Source: Octopus sinensis
Taxonomy: Eukaryota
Direction of reading: 5' to 3'
NCBI RefSeq assembly: GCF_006345805.1
Contig: NC_043015.1
Coordinates: 31,868,001-31,932,000, forward strand
Length of the DNA stretch: 64,000 nt
In this document: positions 61,808 through 64,000 of the stretch, in pieces
How the letters are laid out: each line of letters begins with the position of its first letter
How positions within the stretch are numbered: the first letter of the stretch is position 1
Position numbers and translations under genes: made by a program
Notes under the pieces: generated by a model
What the model saw: the letters and a program-made list of their open reading frames with translations, nothing else
Database searches by the model: none
Told to the model about the DNA's origin: nothing

Positions 61808-62690
61808 AGTGTCTTCATCATTGTTGAACATCCACTTTCCATGCTGGCATGGTTTGAATGGTTTGACATGGATCTGGTTAGCAGGGAGCTGTCCAGGCTC
61901 CACTTGTCTGTTGTGGCATGGTTTCTATGGCTGGATGCCCTTCCTAATGCCAACCACTTAACAGAGTGCACTGGATGCTTTTTTACATGATGCTGGCACA
62001 GATGAGTTTATGCAACACTGGCATGAGTGCATTTATGAAGCACTGGCATGGGGACTTTTATGTGGCACCGACACCTGAAAGAACAAGCCTGTGTGAGTGG
62101 AAGACAGCAATTTTACTTAGCTTGACATTTCTTATCAAGTACAGCAAATCCCCTCATCTCCTGTCCCTTGTCATTCCCTCAGTGAGACCCAGTGTCTGAA
62201 GATCCTTTCTCACCCATGTCTTGTGGAGGCACATTGCCTAGTGGTTAGAGCAGCGGACTCGCGGTCGAGGGATCGCTGGTTCGAATCTCAGACCGGGCGA
62301 TGTGTGTGTTTATGAGCGAAACACCTAAGCTCCACGCAGCTCTGGCAGAAGGCAATGGCGAAACTTCTGCTGACTCTTTCGCCACAACTTTCTCTCACTC
62401 TTTCCTCCTGCATCTTGCAGCTCACCTGCGACGGACCGGCGTCCTGTCCAGGTGGGGAACCTATACGCTAATGAAACCGGGAAACAGGTCCTTATGAGTC
62501 AGGCATGGCTCGAGAAGGAACAAACAACCCATGTCTTCCTGAGTCTACCCTCTCCACAATTAGAACTCAGCACCTTTTTAGGCAGCTGTCCTCATCCATA
62601 TGCATCACATGACTAAACCAGCACAGCCTTCTCTCTTGAACACGTCTGATGCCTCTTATACCCAGTTTTCCCCTTAAATCATTTACGCTC
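61808..62690 (-). mobile_element. RTE LINE 3' portion interrupted by SINE D
   Basis: LRGKLGIRGIRRVQERRLCWFSHVMHMDEDSCLK..GRLRKTW..KDLQTLGLTEGMTRDRR, followed by the same 3'UTR as 47613-48022. Confidence 0.8.
62223..62526 (+). mobile_element. SINE family D, full length, 11-bp TSD
   Basis: TSD ACCCATGTCTT at 62212-62222 and 62527-62537; A/B boxes TGCCTAGTGGTTAG and GGTTCGAATCTC; (AAC)-type tail. Confidence 0.9.
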
Positions 62691-63593
62691 TGTCATGTGT
62701 GCATACAGACATTACCCATCCGGTGGAGCATGCTAGCTTCATTTCTTTCAATAGTCTATCAAATCCACTCACCAAGCTGGACTGTGCAGTGGGACTGAAC
62801 CCGGAACCACATGGTTGGTAAGCAATATTTTTATGATACACCTTAGCCTGCACCTAGCTGTGTCTACACAGATATCACAGGTATGATAAAGAATAACATA
62901 CATGTGTGTGAATGTGTGTGTTTTAAAATCTAGGACAGAAATGATTATCTGCAAATAAAAATCCCATTTTTTTTTTGTCTTTATAATTTTGCTATTGTAT
63001 TTCAAATATTTAATATCAATTACATTTATTTAAGATTTGCAACAACCATTGGCAACCACCGAGAGTCTGTGCCAGGCTCCCAAACTTAAATAACTTTTTC
63101 TTTATATTTAATCAACAATGTGTTCAATATTTTAGAATTTAAAACAACCAAAAATAATCAAATTTGCTGCCCAGTCTACAATATAATTTATTACTATGTT
63201 TGATAAATATGCTATAGATACCAAGCAATTCCTATCTCAGACAATTTGATATTTCATTTCATATTACTATAGTATTTCACTCATCAGATCTTCCTCTTCT
63301 GCTACACATTCACTAACTTTATTCATCTTCTGACTTTGTATTGATATCATAATCTATGTACACCAATAATACTCCCAGCTGAAATGTTATATTTCATGTC
63401 ATAATGTGGGGATTACAGCTTCCACTTTATCTACCAGGATTTAAAATATATTGCATTGAGGCATAGTTTTTAGAATTTAAGTATTATTGACATTTTATGA
63501 TTCGTCTTTTGTTCCATTTTCAGGTATATACATTTTTTAATTTTATAGATTTATTTAAAAACTTATTCATTTTATGGGTGTGTGTGTTTGTAA

Positions 63594-63594
<1 letters not shown>

Positions 63595-63638
<44 letters not shown>

Positions 63639-63647
63639 CATCCATCC

Positions 63648-63696
<49 letters not shown>

Positions 63697-63707
63697 CTAT
63701 CTGTCTG

Positions 63708-63782
<75 letters not shown>

Positions 63783-63805
63783 GTCTGCCTACCTATCTAT
63801 CTGTC
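63595..63805. repeat. (TATC)n/(TCCA)n tetranucleotide microsatellite
   Basis: Direct reading. Confidence 0.95.
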
Positions 63806-64000
63806 TGTATATATGTGTATGTGTGTGTACACACATACATATATTTACACATATATTTACATATATACACACACATGTATATATGTATGCATGTACATAC
63901 GTACCTACATATCTACCTACTTACTACCTACCTACCTACATACATACATATGTATGTATGTACATACATACTCATATGTATGTATGTGTGTATGTGTGTA

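Overview
AT-rich, repeat-saturated eukaryotic DNA. The tRNA-headed SINE families, RTE/CR1/Penelope/Tc1-mariner debris, massive (AT)/(GT) microsatellites and a mollusc-type 5S rRNA fragment point to a coleoid cephalopod, most likely Octopus (inference from family resemblance, no search run). I find no intact protein-coding gene: the ORF track is explained by microsatellites, SINEs and decayed transposase/RT fragments. The window looks intronic/intergenic, with a CpG-rich core (~26.6-43.6 kb) and a compact CpG-island promoter near 61 kb. SINE letters A-F/H, element letters I/J and MITE letter K are my own working labels, and most boundaries are approximate. Best leads: (1) four microsatellite-embedded, Penelope-type short elements carrying minimal hammerhead-like motifs with non-canonical cores (CUGUNGA, CCGACGA); (2) a SINE whose ~180-nt 3' module occurs as head-to-tail dimers with a fixed junction and as a headless monomer starting at that junction; (3) a ~190-bp target-site-like duplication; (4) a possible 5S-headed SINE; (5) several foldback elements that would give long dsRNA; (6) a putative bidirectional promoter.
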